Shown in pieces: positions 8,301 to 17,213 of a stretch of DNA of 41,590 nt (the stretch's first letter is position 1; the number at the start of each line of letters is the position of its first letter). Where the stretch lies: positions 1 through 41,590 of the IMG/VR virus record IMGVR_UViG_3300039916_000019; one strand, given 5' to 3'. The notes under the pieces are model-generated. The model was not told where the DNA came from. It saw only the letters and a program-made list of their open reading frames with translations, and made no database searches. The translations under genes and the position numbers were made by a program. Source of the stretch: a virus. Lineage: Duplodnaviria; Caudoviricetes.

Positions 8301-10749
8301 GCGCGGTCTTTTCGATCGAATTCCACAACTGCACCTGGTCGGCTCGCGCTTTCTCGGTCGCCTTTTGCAGCGCTTCCATTCCCTCCAGCTCGCCCATAGC
8401 CTTGACGTTGCGCTTTTTCGCGTCGATGACGGCTTCCAGCTCCATGATCTCGCGGGTGTATCCCTTCGACGCGTCGGCCTGGGCGAGCTTCTCTTCCAAG
8501 CGTGCGAGCGTCATCTTCTCGATGGCGACCTTGGACATGCCCAACGTGCGTGCCAGTTCTTCGTTGCGATCGGCTTCGTCGTCGGCGGCCTTGATGGCGG
8601 CAGCCGACAGCTGCGCTTGCTGCTCGGCCTGCTGCAGGTAGAAGGCGCCTTCTTCGATTGCGCTTTCCTGGGCGGCCACCTTGGCGATCAGCGCGCGCGT
8701 TTCCGCTACGTGTGCCGGTGTGAGCTTGTTCTTTCCGGTTGCGATCGCCTCGTCCAGCTTCATTGTCATCTTCTGCGATTCGGACAGCTTGTCGTAGCCG
8801 CTCAGTTCGAGCTCGTTCGCAGCAGCCTTTTCGCGAATCGAAGTGACCAGGTTCTGGTACGCGGTGGCTTCGGCCTTGATGCCTTGAGCAACGCCTTTGT
8901 CGGCGTACTTCTCACGGATCCGGCGCTCCATCTCACCGTATTCAGCAGTCTTACCCTTGAGGTCTTCGATGGCCTTCAGTTCGGCCGCCATCTGCTCCTG
9001 CTTGGTCGCGTGCTCTTTCTTGAACGCTTTCACGCGTTCGTCCACCGACTGCGCAGCGACGGCCGCGCCGGTCGATTCGGCTTTCGCCATCTTCTCGGTC
9101 AGGTCCGTGATATCGCGCAGCACACCAATTCGCGCAAACTCGATATCGGTGTTGCTTTTGCCAGCAAATGCACCGGCGCGCATGTTGATTTGATTCAGGC
9201 GCTCCGATGCAGCGGCGAGCTGGTTCACGAACGGCAGCTGCTTCTCCGCGTCGCTCTTGGTCACGCCCAGATTCCGCAGCTTGAGCAGCTTTTCGTTCTT
9301 GTCGATTTGCTCATCCAGGCCCTTGATGATGCGCACCTGCGCTTCGTCGAACGACTCCGCGGCCTTCTCGGTCGCCTCTTTCGACTTATTGCCCCACACC
9401 ATCCAGGCGGTTGCGGCCAGGCCAAGCAGCGTGATGATCGTGCCGATAGGGCCGCCCATGAACATCATGGCGCCGCGCAGCACGCCCATTGAACGCGCAG
9501 CGACGCCGGTTGCCGCCGCTTGCGCTGTCAGCGCTGCGCTGGCGGCGCCAGCGGACACGGTCGCACCGTTGGCGGCGACAGCCTGGCCGGCCAGTGCAAG
9601 AGCATGGGCTTCGCTGAGAGCGATCGCGCGCGCCTGCGCCGGGATCAGTCCGTTGGTGGCGATGGCGAGCGCCACGGCGCCTTCGGCGGCCAGCACCGAA
9701 GAACGCAGTTCGGCCACGCGCGCGGTTGCCAGATTCGCAGCGGTCGCAGCGGTGCGCACGTTGGCCTGGGCCTCTGCCAACTTCGCGGCCGCAATGACCG
9801 ATGCTGCCTCGGTGGACGCGACTGCGCCAGCCAGCGTCGATGTGCGCAGCGCGTTGTTGTCGGCGATCTGCTTATAGGTTGCCACGCCCCAGCTCTGGAA
9901 CATGGTCACCAGCTTGGAAACGCCCAAAGTCGTGATCACGCCCGCGAGCAGCCCGAGGTTACTCGACAGCAGCCCGATGACCGATACCAGACCCGACACC
10001 GCGCCGCTGGCGTTGGCCTGGATGCCCACGAACTCCATTACGTTATTGCGCAGCACTGTGAAGGCGCCCGAGATCGTCTGGATTTCTTTCGCCTCCACGC
10101 GCAGTTTTTCCAGCGCAGCCGGCAGCACGTCGGCCATGATTTTCGACGTGATCTTGCCTTCTTCCGCCATTTTTTTTAGGGCGCCCACAGGCAGGCCCAT
10201 ACCGTCGGCGAGAGCTTTCATCAGGCGCGGAGCGGACTCGTTCACCGCATTGAATTCTTCGCCCCGAAGCGTTCCAGAAGCGAACGCCTGGGAAAGCTGC
10301 AGCTGCGCGGACGCCGATTCGGATGCGGCCGCACCTGAAACCACCAGCGCAAGGTTGACCGTCTCGACGATTTGCGAAACCTTTTTTTGCTCGACGCCCA
10401 GCTCGCGCGTACCGTTGGCGATCCGTGCGTACAGGATGCCGGTCTCCATCAGCCCTTGCGTCGACTGCGTCGCGATCCGCTTCACGTCGGTATAGGCCGC
10501 TGCGTATTCGCGCTGCGATGTGGTCGCCAGCTTGAGCTGCGAGGTGAACTTGGCGTACTCGTCGACCATGCGGCCGAGTTGCTGCACGCCGAGCGCGCCA
10601 GCGATCGAAGCGATCGCACCCTTCGCAGCATTGGCGGCCCGTTCCATGCCGGCGGTAGCATTGCCTACCACCTGGCGTGCGGAGTCCATATCGCGCTGCA
10701 GGCGTGCGATGTCCGCGCGCAGGCGAATTTCCATGTCACCGATGATCAT
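5374..10749 (-). CDS. tail tape measure protein
   Basis: about 1790 aa, Ala-rich helical; QLSQAFASGTLRGEEFNAVNE tape-measure motif; C-terminal GFANGG..VGEVGVE motif. Confidence 0.93.
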   Translation of the reverse strand: MIIGDMEIRLRADIARLQRDMDSARQVVGNATAGMERAANAAKGAIASIAGALGVQQLGRMVDEYAKFTSQLKLATTSQREYAAAYTDVKRIATQSTQGLMETGILYARIANGTRELGVEQKKVSQIVETVNLALVVSGAAASESASAQLQLSQAFASGTLRGEEFNAVNESAPRLMKALADGMGLPVGALKKMAEEGKITSKIMADVLPAALEKLRVEAKEIQTISGAFTVLRNNVMEFVGIQANASGAVSGLVSVIGLLSSNLGLLAGVITTLGVSKLVTMFQSWGVATYKQIADNNALRTSTLAGAVASTEAASVIAAAKLAEAQANVRTAATAANLATARVAELRSSVLAAEGAVALAIATNGLIPAQARAIALSEAHALALAGQAVAANGATVSAGAASAALTAQAAATGVAARSMGVLRGAMMFMGGPIGTIITLLGLAATAWMVWGNKSKEATEKAAESFDEAQVRIIKGLDEQIDKNEKLLKLRNLGVTKSDAEKQLPFVNQLAAASERLNQINMRAGAFAGKSNTDIEFARIGVLRDITDLTEKMAKAESTGAAVAAQSVDERVKAFKKEHATKQEQMAAELKAIEDLKGKTAEYGEMERRIREKYADKGVAQGIKAEATAYQNLVTSIREKAAANELELSGYDKLSESQKMTMKLDEAIATGKNKLTPAHVAETRALIAKVAAQESAIEEGAFYLQQAEQQAQLSAAAIKAADDEADRNEELARTLGMSKVAIEKMTLARLEEKLAQADASKGYTREIMELEAVIDAKKRNVKAMGELEGMEALQKATEKARADQVQLWNSIEKTAHDTFISIFDSGKSAFDRLKDALKNGLYELLYQMTVKKWLINISPTTTGATAGSGLAGLMQGTAGSAGSGSTALDLISTGKKIYDGFATGFASVGSTLGGYVSALGSTFGSASVSAFGAGMGMTGSQAATAAAAYNGAGMTGVGSSLTAGSAVGAAAGVAAGVAGGVYGGRLISGGYSAFGGSGNSAVNTGTAVGAAVGSIVPVLGTALGALIGGVIGGSVNRLFGHKAKEIVEQGISGNFGTSGFSGGQEYSKWTQKGGVFRSDKSGTETAALSSEMNKALTDGFTLVKDTTLDFAKTLGVSADVVTGYSKQLKLVLTKDAAQNQELLSKLFTDIGDEIATRIVPSIAQFKIEGETASATLQRLTGNFQVVDAMLVTLGVTSQQAFNTIGVASIEARERLIGMAGGIDALAAQTQFYADNFLTKAEQIAPVQKQLNDQLSALGYAGMTTSDQFKVAVQGLVASGALATERGAEQYAGLLALGPQFKVFADHLKEIGDAAESLAVEKLRLSIQIMELEGNAVGALNARRAQELASVDESLRPHYQRIYALQDEKTAMDAATQAAQAATQAVRDAATSLLAGVDSSFSVLQSIVSREKAAVQSSIDAHTESVSKLQSLSQALRGTLDSIQSPEQKLASRANGQAQISAALAIARAGGPLPGADSLKDALSAVQQDASDQFSSYTDYLRDLYRTQNDIGALAGLTDAQLSVEEKALQATRDQLAALEAQLASTQALIEAAKGQSTTLLSIDQGIAAVRAAILAAQANPVVAATSAINSAYQTHLGRAPDAAGLEWWKDAAASGTPVSQIVSGIAGSAEADLNKLYQSVLGRAPDAEGLAFWMKAYGPTMDAAEKADFLKAAQPELQGKKIPGFANGGDFSGGVRAVGEVGVEIEATGPSRIHSTQSLMDALRRPPSNNNDGLAAAVERLSATVERQNAVIERQGAALEQIQRNTRRQADTLDVVTEGGNGMRVTGGAT

Positions 10750-10761
10750 GTGATTCCCAAT

Positions 10762-10787
10762 AAAAAAAGCCACCTCATCGGTGGCTT
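10762..10787 (-). terminator. intrinsic terminator after the moron
   Basis: AAGCCACC-GATGA-GGTGGCTT continuing into a T run on the minus strand. Confidence 0.75.
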
Positions 10788-10808
10788 CAATTTCACAAAA
10801 ATTATCTA

Positions 10809-11198
10809 CTACTGAGGAATGCCAGCAGCTTCGCAGTCTGTTTTTTGCGTCGCTAGCCAGCTTTGGTAGCTTGCTTCGTCTTTAGCTTGCATAAATGCAG
10901 CCGTCACCATTCCTGCATGGACACATTTCTGAATTGGGTCACCGCTTCGTTTGGCAATTTCATACTGGCTAATCGCATCCTGAGATACTTGGTCGTTGAT
11001 ATTGTCCATCATCACTTGACCGCCTCCGCTTGGTGCAAGCCACCACAGGAATAGGCCGAGTCCAATTAGTGAAACCAACACACTCCCACCCGAGAGGTGC
11101 TGCCTCTTATTGGGATGCCCACAGCTCGGGCAGCTTGGTGCCTTTTTGGATATCTCTTTTTCACATCCTTCGCACCGCACCAAATTCGCCATATTCAT
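10809..11198 (-). CDS. zinc-ribbon single-pass membrane protein (moron)
   Basis: CEGC-x9-CPSC, TM helix, C-terminal domain with two Cys; low GC; own terminator. Confidence 0.75.
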   Translation of the reverse strand: MNMANLVRCEGCEKEISKKAPSCPSCGHPNKRQHLSGGSVLVSLIGLGLFLWWLAPSGGGQVMMDNINDQVSQDAISQYEIAKRSGDPIQKCVHAGMVTAAFMQAKDEASYQSWLATQKTDCEAAGIPQ

Positions 11199-11237
11199 TC
11201 TCCAATAATTAGAAACGAATATTACACCAGCGAAATT

Positions 11238-11597
11238 CTACGGTTCCGGTTTTTTGCAATAGGCTTCCATTGCGATCCCGTCGAACATGTGGATAACTTC
11301 CAGCTCCCAGTGGTTGAACTGGACGCCCCACAACTGCTGGTAGGCCAGGATCTCTTGCGAGGTCAGCTCGCCCGGGCCCGACACGCCCGCCGGGCGCCCC
11401 ATCTTGCAGAAAGCGTCCCACAGCGGCCGGCCGGCCCGCGGCCATTCCATCGTGAGCAGCGGGTCGACCTCGTTCGTGTTCTTGGCCAGGCGCTGCAGGT
11501 GCGTGCGCAGCGTGGCGCCGTCACCCTGCCGGGCCGAGAGTTCGAACTCGGCCCGGGCGCAGTCCGCTAGGCTTTCGCGGAGTCGACGATAAAAAGC
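11238..11597 (-). CDS. tail assembly chaperone T (C-terminal part of the GT frameshift product)
   Basis: -1 frame relative to G is open from 11597 to the stop at 11238; ends in ...WELEVIHMFD. Confidence 0.7.
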   Translation of the reverse strand, partial: AFYRRLRESLADCARAEFELSARQGDGATLRTHLQRLAKNTNEVDPLLTMEWPRAGRPLWDAFCKMGRPAGVSGPGELTSQEILAYQQLWGVQFNHWELEVIHMFDGIAMEAYCKKPEP

Positions 11598-12022
11598 TCA
11601 GTCTTGTGGATTCCGGCGCGGACCTGCGCGCGCAGCCACTGCTTCTTCGGATCGGTCAGCACGGCGCGGACGTTCGCCGGCGTGCAATCGAGCAGCTGGC
11701 CGCCGACCGAGACGTTCCAGCCAAGGCAGGAGGCCACCAGGTAGTCGGTTTCGTCTTCGATGTCATCCAGCGGATCGGTCGACTCGAGCTTGCCGTTGGC
11801 GGCGAACTCGGCGCGGAGGCGGCGCGTACGCGCCAGGTCGATGCGCTTGCGCGACTCGTGCTCCGGGCTGGCCAGATCGATGTAGGTGCTGGTCGGCTCC
11901 TTGGTGCGCGGATTGACCAGCACCAGACGACCAGTAGTGACGTCGTCGAATGCATCGATGTCCAGGGTGGCCACCAGTTTCGTGAGCAGGTTCGAAGGCT
12001 GGGCTTGGGTATTTGCGTTCAT
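11567..12022 (-). CDS. tail assembly chaperone G
   Basis: lies between the tail tube and tape measure genes; LVASCLGWN and WLRAQV motifs. Confidence 0.75.
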   Translation of the reverse strand: MNANTQAQPSNLLTKLVATLDIDAFDDVTTGRLVLVNPRTKEPTSTYIDLASPEHESRKRIDLARTRRLRAEFAANGKLESTDPLDDIEDETDYLVASCLGWNVSVGGQLLDCTPANVRAVLTDPKKQWLRAQVRAGIHKTELFIVDSAKA

Positions 12023-12130
12023 GGTTTTTCTCTTTCGCGGAGGTGATATATGCCCGTGCCTGCTGCCGCGCCCGCGAAAGGCGACGGCAGCCGGTCGGTG
12101 CCTGGATTGCCGCACGTGGCGGCGAAAGGT

Positions 12131-13342
12131 TTAAGCGGCGCTGTCCTGGATGGACAGCGTGGTCATTTCGGTGGCCTTGCCGGCGCCGCCGTTGATGTCG
12201 AGCAACGCCTGGAACGGGATCGTCTGGATCAGGATCTTCTCGCCGTCGTCTTTCGACGCGCCGTTGAGCTTCAGGCGGCTCAGGCTGAACGCCATGAAGT
12301 CCGACGCGGCCGAGTTGTCCGAGGTGAACGCCAGGTAGGCGCTGGTTTCGGTCTCGTTGTAGAACGCGTCGCGCAGGCTAGTCGAATCGAACTTCGCCGT
12401 GACCTGGCCGGTGACGATCACGCGACCGGTAGCGGCCTGGTCGGCGGTGTTCGAGCCGATGCCCGGCTCGCTCGACTGCGCGGCCGTGATCTCGATCGTC
12501 GCGCTGGTGATCGTGCCGCCGGTGGCATTGCCGACTTTCACCACGCCGTTGACGGCAGCCATGGTGCCGGTGACCGTCACTGGCGTCGGGGTGACGAAGT
12601 ACTGCGCCACGCCCGGCACAACGTCCTTGCCGACGAATTCGACGGCAACGGTGGCCATGCCCGTAGCTGGCAGAGTGAAGGTCATTTTCGAAACCTTCAA
12701 GCCAGTAAACACTTCGCTCGACGGCACGTCAGGATGCCAGTGCTCGATCGAGAACGACTTGTCGGTGTGTCCGCTTTGCGGGGTGAATGCTTTCTTGCCG
12801 ATGACAGCCAGGGTCGCGCTGGCAATCGGACCTTCCGGCACCAGAGCCGACGCGTTCAGGACGATCCCGGTGAGAACCGTCGCTGTTATGCCGGTGACTT
12901 GAAGGTTCTTGTCACGATTGGCCGCGTTGAAGGTGCCGGCCGTCAAGCGGGCCACGTCGCCGATCTTGACGCCATCGGTCAGCCAGGAGCCCGCCGCGCG
13001 TGTGATCGTCCAGGCGCCGGCCGTACCAGCGATCGTGAGCGACGCGCCGGTCACGGTCACGCCGGCTGCAAAGTCCTTCTTCAGAACGGCCGCCAGGAAG
13101 TCGACGTAGGTCTTTGCCGACAGCTCGCCGTTGATCGTGCCGGCGACCTTGCGCAGGCCGTGCCGGAAATCGGCCATCTGGAAGTCGGGGCGCATTTCCG
13201 CCGACTGGTAGGTGTCCTTCGTCATGTCCAGCGACGAGGTGACGCGGCGCATGGCCTGCGCCGCGCCGGCGGCAGGCATGACGCCGTAGGTGGTCTCCAC
13301 TTTGTAGGTGACCTGCTTGAATACGCCGGAGGCTTGGCCCAT
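12131..13342 (-). CDS. major tail tube protein
   Basis: YKVETTYG N-terminus, Thr/Ala-rich beta protein, position after the tail terminator gene. Confidence 0.85.
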   Translation of the reverse strand: MGQASGVFKQVTYKVETTYGVMPAAGAAQAMRRVTSSLDMTKDTYQSAEMRPDFQMADFRHGLRKVAGTINGELSAKTYVDFLAAVLKKDFAAGVTVTGASLTIAGTAGAWTITRAAGSWLTDGVKIGDVARLTAGTFNAANRDKNLQVTGITATVLTGIVLNASALVPEGPIASATLAVIGKKAFTPQSGHTDKSFSIEHWHPDVPSSEVFTGLKVSKMTFTLPATGMATVAVEFVGKDVVPGVAQYFVTPTPVTVTGTMAAVNGVVKVGNATGGTITSATIEITAAQSSEPGIGSNTADQAATGRVIVTGQVTAKFDSTSLRDAFYNETETSAYLAFTSDNSAASDFMAFSLSRLKLNGASKDDGEKILIQTIPFQALLDINGGAGKATEMTTLSIQDSAA

Positions 13343-13359
13343 TTCGATTCCTTTGAGAT

Positions 13360-13391
13360 AAAAAAAGCCCGCAAGCAGATGCTATGCGGGC
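13360..13391 (-). terminator. intrinsic terminator upstream of the tail tube gene
   Basis: GCCCGCA...TGCGGGC followed by T7 on the minus strand. Confidence 0.7.
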
Positions 13392-13414
13392 CCAGGGTGA
13401 AACTGCTGATGCTG

Positions 13415-13813
13415 CTAATTCGGCTCGTGGTACGTGACCTTGAAGTCGATCGTTTTGATGCTGTTGCCGGCCACGTCTTCCATGTCCGGGCCGACCGTGT
13501 CGCGCAGGACGCTGATTACGCTGGTGCTGGCGATCTGGCCGCGCCCGTAGTTGCAGGCGCGCCGCGCCAGGTTGATGATCGCGATCACGTCCGGATATGC
13601 CTTGCCGACGACCGTCACCTGCACGCGGCTGGTGACGATCGAGAATTCTGCCTGCGCGTCAAAGGCTCCGATCGGCACGGCGACCACCTCGGTGAGTCCG
13701 ATGGCTGGCAGGCCCTTGTCGACGGCTACTTCGCCGGCCGCGACGCGATCCGCTACGCGCACGGTGACCGCCTCGGCGCCCAGAAGCAGCGCGCGAATGA
13801 CTTTCACGCTCAT
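13415..13813 (-). CDS. tail terminator/completion protein (DUF3168-like)
   Basis: size, synteny, RVQVTV and IDFKVTY motifs. Confidence 0.7.
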   Translation of the reverse strand: MSVKVIRALLLGAEAVTVRVADRVAAGEVAVDKGLPAIGLTEVVAVPIGAFDAQAEFSIVTSRVQVTVVGKAYPDVIAIINLARRACNYGRGQIASTSVISVLRDTVGPDMEDVAGNSIKTIDFKVTYHEPN

Positions 13814-14292
13814 GAACCCTCCGGCGCCGGCACGTTGATGTTCTCTTTCGTCAGGCGCTCGCGGATCTTCGCGCCGACCGCTGCGAGTGCAGGCTGAGCG
13901 CCGGTGTCGAACGACGGTCGCATGAAGGGCTTTGCCTTCGCGCCCGGGTGGTCGACATCACGCACCGCTTTGCCATTGACCACCAGCGCACTGCCTTTCT
14001 TCGCCACGATCTTGTGCGCGGCCGTGCCGAACTCCACCAGGTGCGCGTGCGGCGCCTTGCGTCCACCGGCTTTCAGGTAGGCGTAGACCGTGCCCTTCTT
14101 CACCCTGGTCGACACGCGGATACTCCGGCGCAGATCACCCTCATCAACTGGCACCTGCTGCTGGGCGTCTTTCTTGAACTCATTGGCGCCGGCGCGCATC
14201 GCTGCGCGAAGAATGTTCTTCTCGACCTTTACCGACACCTGCTGCAGGAAAGCGTCGAGCTCGCGCCCGCCGGTGATTGATTCTTCAGCCAT
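13810..14292 (-). CDS. HK97 gp10-like tail component
   Basis: PVDEGDLRRSI, HLVEFGT, AKPFMRPSFD. Confidence 0.88.
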   Translation of the reverse strand: MAEESITGGRELDAFLQQVSVKVEKNILRAAMRAGANEFKKDAQQQVPVDEGDLRRSIRVSTRVKKGTVYAYLKAGGRKAPHAHLVEFGTAAHKIVAKKGSALVVNGKAVRDVDHPGAKAKPFMRPSFDTGAQPALAAVGAKIRERLTKENINVPAPEGS

Positions 14293-14632
14293 GTGAATAA
14301 CCCTCCAGCATGAATTCGGTATGTCGGCGGTCGTCCAACTGCGCCGGGCCGGCAATGATTTGCATGACACGATCGCCCTTGCCGTGCAGCGTCACGCGCA
14401 TAGCGGTTGTGATCCGCACGTCATTCTGGATCCGCAGGCGCGTGCGCGTCACCGCCGTGGTCAGGCCATTCGACGTCGACTCGCCGCGGCTGGGCAACTG
14501 GTCTTGGGCATTGGCCCAGATCGCGGCCGCCACCGGCACCCAGGCCTCGATCTCGGTCCCGTATTCGGGATCGATCGCGGCAGTGCGCTGCTCAATCGTC
14601 ACCTGCTCGTCGAGTCGGAACGGGGCGGTCAT
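14285..14632 (-). CDS. head closure / head-tail adaptor
   Basis: start MTAPFRLDEQVTIE; W..V..IWA and ITTAMRV motifs. Confidence 0.82.
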   Translation of the reverse strand: MTAPFRLDEQVTIEQRTAAIDPEYGTEIEAWVPVAAAIWANAQDQLPSRGESTSNGLTTAVTRTRLRIQNDVRITTAMRVTLHGKGDRVMQIIAGPAQLDDRRHTEFMLEGYSHG

Positions 14633-15174
14633 CCGTACACCACCGCTCGGTCGAGCTTGCGGCACAGGTATTGCGCGTTCGGGTTCGGGTAGTAGTCGTT
14701 CTCGATCATGCCCACGATGTATCCCTTGATCGCTGGCGGCACATCGGCCTCGGTCGGGCCGTAGCCGCACACATACTGAATCTCGACAGCGCCGATGCGG
14801 CTGGATGTTGCCGGCCATGCGCAGCCCGGCGCCGGAACGATCCAGCCTGGCTCGCTTTTCACGTCGACCAAGTAGTCGTCAGGGTGAAGCGTTTGCAGCA
14901 CGCCGCTCGCGTCGCGGAACTTCACGTGGTCGACGCTGGCAAGGCGCGCCGGCGACAGCTTGATCGCGCCCGACGCCGGGAACGAGTCGAGGGTCAGCTC
15001 CCAGGTCTGGTGAATTAGCGCGCGGCCAGTCTTGTGCTCCACGACGTCGACCAGGTCGCGGATCTTGTCCGCGAGTTCGTCGTCCAGCGAAGTGCTGCTG
15101 GCGCGCGCGGCGCGCCGGGCGGCCTCGATCGACACCGCCAGCGCCGCCGGCGGAATGATCAGTCGTTTCGTCAT
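14629..15174 (-). CDS. head-tail connector (phiE125 gp8-like)
   Basis: TGRALIHQTWELTLDSFP, Y.CGYG and VPPAIK motifs. Confidence 0.85.
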   Translation of the reverse strand: MTKRLIIPPAALAVSIEAARRAARASSTSLDDELADKIRDLVDVVEHKTGRALIHQTWELTLDSFPASGAIKLSPARLASVDHVKFRDASGVLQTLHPDDYLVDVKSEPGWIVPAPGCAWPATSSRIGAVEIQYVCGYGPTEADVPPAIKGYIVGMIENDYYPNPNAQYLCRKLDRAVVYG

Positions 15175-15323
15175 CGGGTCGTTCCTTGTATTGCCGGTGG
15201 CCGGCCGGCGCCGTGCGGCGCGCCAGGCGCTGCCGGCGCGCGCGCGTATTCAACGGCGGCCGCATCCTGCTGCCTCAGCAGCTCGGTGTTCGGCACGCTC
15301 GGCAGTTGCGATGCATCGATCAT
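15171..15323 (-). CDS. small hypothetical protein (50 aa, below the ORF-track cutoff)
   Basis: MIDASQLPSVPNTELL...; start and stop overlap both neighbouring genes (TGATG and ATGA). Confidence 0.55.
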   Translation of the reverse strand: MIDASQLPSVPNTELLRQQDAAAVEYARAPAAPGAPHGAGRPPAIQGTTR

Positions 15324-17125
15324 CAGTTGTCCACCCTGTTAAATTGAATGGTCCGGTAGAAGCGCTCGCTGTTCGCACAGTCGATGCGCAGGTCGCAGTA
15401 GTTGACGCCGGCCGGCAAGGTGTCCATGCCGCCCAGCTTGACCAGGATCAAAGGCCCCTGGATCACCGCCGGCACAAGCTCCACCACGCCAACTGGAAGC
15501 GCTTTCACTTGAGCAGCGGTCGTGTTGCTATCAGCCAGGTCGTTGCCGATGTCTGCCACGAAATAGCTCTCGTCGTCCGCGTCCTTCTCCAGCGACCACG
15601 AACCCATCTGTTGCTTGAACCAGATCGTGCGGTCGAACCGTTCGCCGTTCGCGCACTTGACGCGGAACGTGCAGAAGTTGACCGCGCCCGTCGCTGCATT
15701 GAACCCACCCAGCTTCACTGGGATCAGCTTGCCTTGGATGACGGGCAGCTGAAGCACCGTTACGCCAGCGACGATGGCCTCGACCTCAGCGGCAGTAGTG
15801 CCGCGCTCGGCCAGGTCGATCGTGATGTCTGCCACCCAGTAGCGCTCGTCGAGCGGATGCTTCTCGCTCCACCACCGCCCTGCTTCCAGCCACGGGGCAT
15901 TGGGCACCCGCGCGCTCGGCACGCTGCCGAACGCCACCACGCGGGTACCGCCCGGGAATGCGACCCGGCGCGACTCGGCGACTGTAGAGGCGACGACCGC
16001 GTCCTGCGCGGGCTGTTGCGCCGCTGTAAGCAAGGCCACATTAATGGCCGCTGCCTCTTCCTTGTACCCCTTGGCCGAGGGGTGAGTGCCATCAGCGGTA
16101 TAGGCCGAGGCCCGCCACAGACCACTCTCTGGAGAGGCGACACTCTCGACGGAAGGGTTGACGTCGTACACCGTCTTGACGCCTGAAATGCCTCCCAGAC
16201 GGCGCGTATTTTCGGTGACGCGAACAGCGTTGGACGCTACCGTGGTTTGGGCTGCCACGCTGTTCCAGGTGTCGGTCGAAGTCGATACAGGCGACAGAGT
16301 GCAGAGAGCGACGGGCCCAGGGAACAGGCCAACAATTGAGTTCGTGTCCGCTGCCACTGTGGAGGCCGAGCCTCCGCCAGTAATATCGTTGATTCCCATA
16401 TTCACTGCAAAGTGCGTGAAATACGAGGCCAGCGACATGCGTTTGGCTTTGCTGCCTAGGAACAGTGACATGCGGTCGCCGGAGATACCGACGTGGCCGG
16501 CTGCGTACGCCGCACCGAATGCGCGGCCAAGGTGGCCCTGCAGCGGCATGCCGACGTCAGCGGTATCGCCACGGCCCACAGAAATGCTATCTCCGTAGAT
16601 GCCGATCGCGGGGTCGGACGACATACCGATAATAGCGATCGGCGTGGTGGTCGCTGCCTGGAACGATGCGGAGGTGGTCGCAGTGCCGCCCATGGTCAGG
16701 TCAGATGCTGGCGAAACGAACTGCGCCGTGCCGTCGCCCGCATAAAACGTGAAGTACACCGCCTTGCTCGGCGCATTCTGGAACAGGCGAACCCAGAACT
16801 TTTCGCCTTTTGGGATCGAAACCGGAATTTGATCCGACACGATGTTGCCACCGCTCGACGAGGTGACTGACGCGGCGCCGCCGAAGGTCACCCGGGTGAA
16901 CGTTCCTGCCGGGTATTCGATAGCGGCGGTCCACGTAGCGGAACCGGCGTTCGTTTCGGTTTGGCCTGCGACATACCAGTTGGGCAGGACGATCGCCAGC
17001 GCCGCTACAGCGCTGCGAAGAATGTGCGGTGTACGCGAGAACGTGGTCGTGTTCGAGGACGCCAGCGTATTTGGGATGTGCGTCCCGGTGGCGACTTGAC
17101 GCAGAGTCTGGACACTATCAGCCAT
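15323..17125 (-). CDS. SGNH/GDSL hydrolase virion protein with C-terminal tandem adaptor repeats
   Basis: GDSIS (block I), G.SG, MGIND (block III), DGTHP (block V); two repeats starting KHPLDERYW and KDADDESYF. Confidence 0.8.
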   Translation of the reverse strand: MADSVQTLRQVATGTHIPNTLASSNTTTFSRTPHILRSAVAALAIVLPNWYVAGQTETNAGSATWTAAIEYPAGTFTRVTFGGAASVTSSSGGNIVSDQIPVSIPKGEKFWVRLFQNAPSKAVYFTFYAGDGTAQFVSPASDLTMGGTATTSASFQAATTTPIAIIGMSSDPAIGIYGDSISVGRGDTADVGMPLQGHLGRAFGAAYAAGHVGISGDRMSLFLGSKAKRMSLASYFTHFAVNMGINDITGGGSASTVAADTNSIVGLFPGPVALCTLSPVSTSTDTWNSVAAQTTVASNAVRVTENTRRLGGISGVKTVYDVNPSVESVASPESGLWRASAYTADGTHPSAKGYKEEAAAINVALLTAAQQPAQDAVVASTVAESRRVAFPGGTRVVAFGSVPSARVPNAPWLEAGRWWSEKHPLDERYWVADITIDLAERGTTAAEVEAIVAGVTVLQLPVIQGKLIPVKLGGFNAATGAVNFCTFRVKCANGERFDRTIWFKQQMGSWSLEKDADDESYFVADIGNDLADSNTTAAQVKALPVGVVELVPAVIQGPLILVKLGGMDTLPAGVNYCDLRIDCANSERFYRTIQFNRVDN

Positions 17126-17213
17126 GGTTATCGGGTCGCTCTTTCAGGGTTCATGGATAGCAGCGACTTCGGCAGAGGGCATCGCAGCCGGTTCTCGTCG
17201 TTCACGCTTTCGG

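Noticed and set aside
5962-10495. Long plus-strand ORFs (683, 397, 219 aa and others) opposite the tape measure gene
   Set aside because: Antisense shadow ORFs caused by high-GC codon bias; no motifs or RBS
11571-11578. GCGAAAG as a lambda-like slippery site
   Set aside because: Read as GCG AAA GCC in the G frame, so it is not in the G GGA AAG phasing; the T run is a better candidate
12050-13897. 615-aa plus-strand ORF
   Set aside because: Shadow of the tail tube and tail terminator genes
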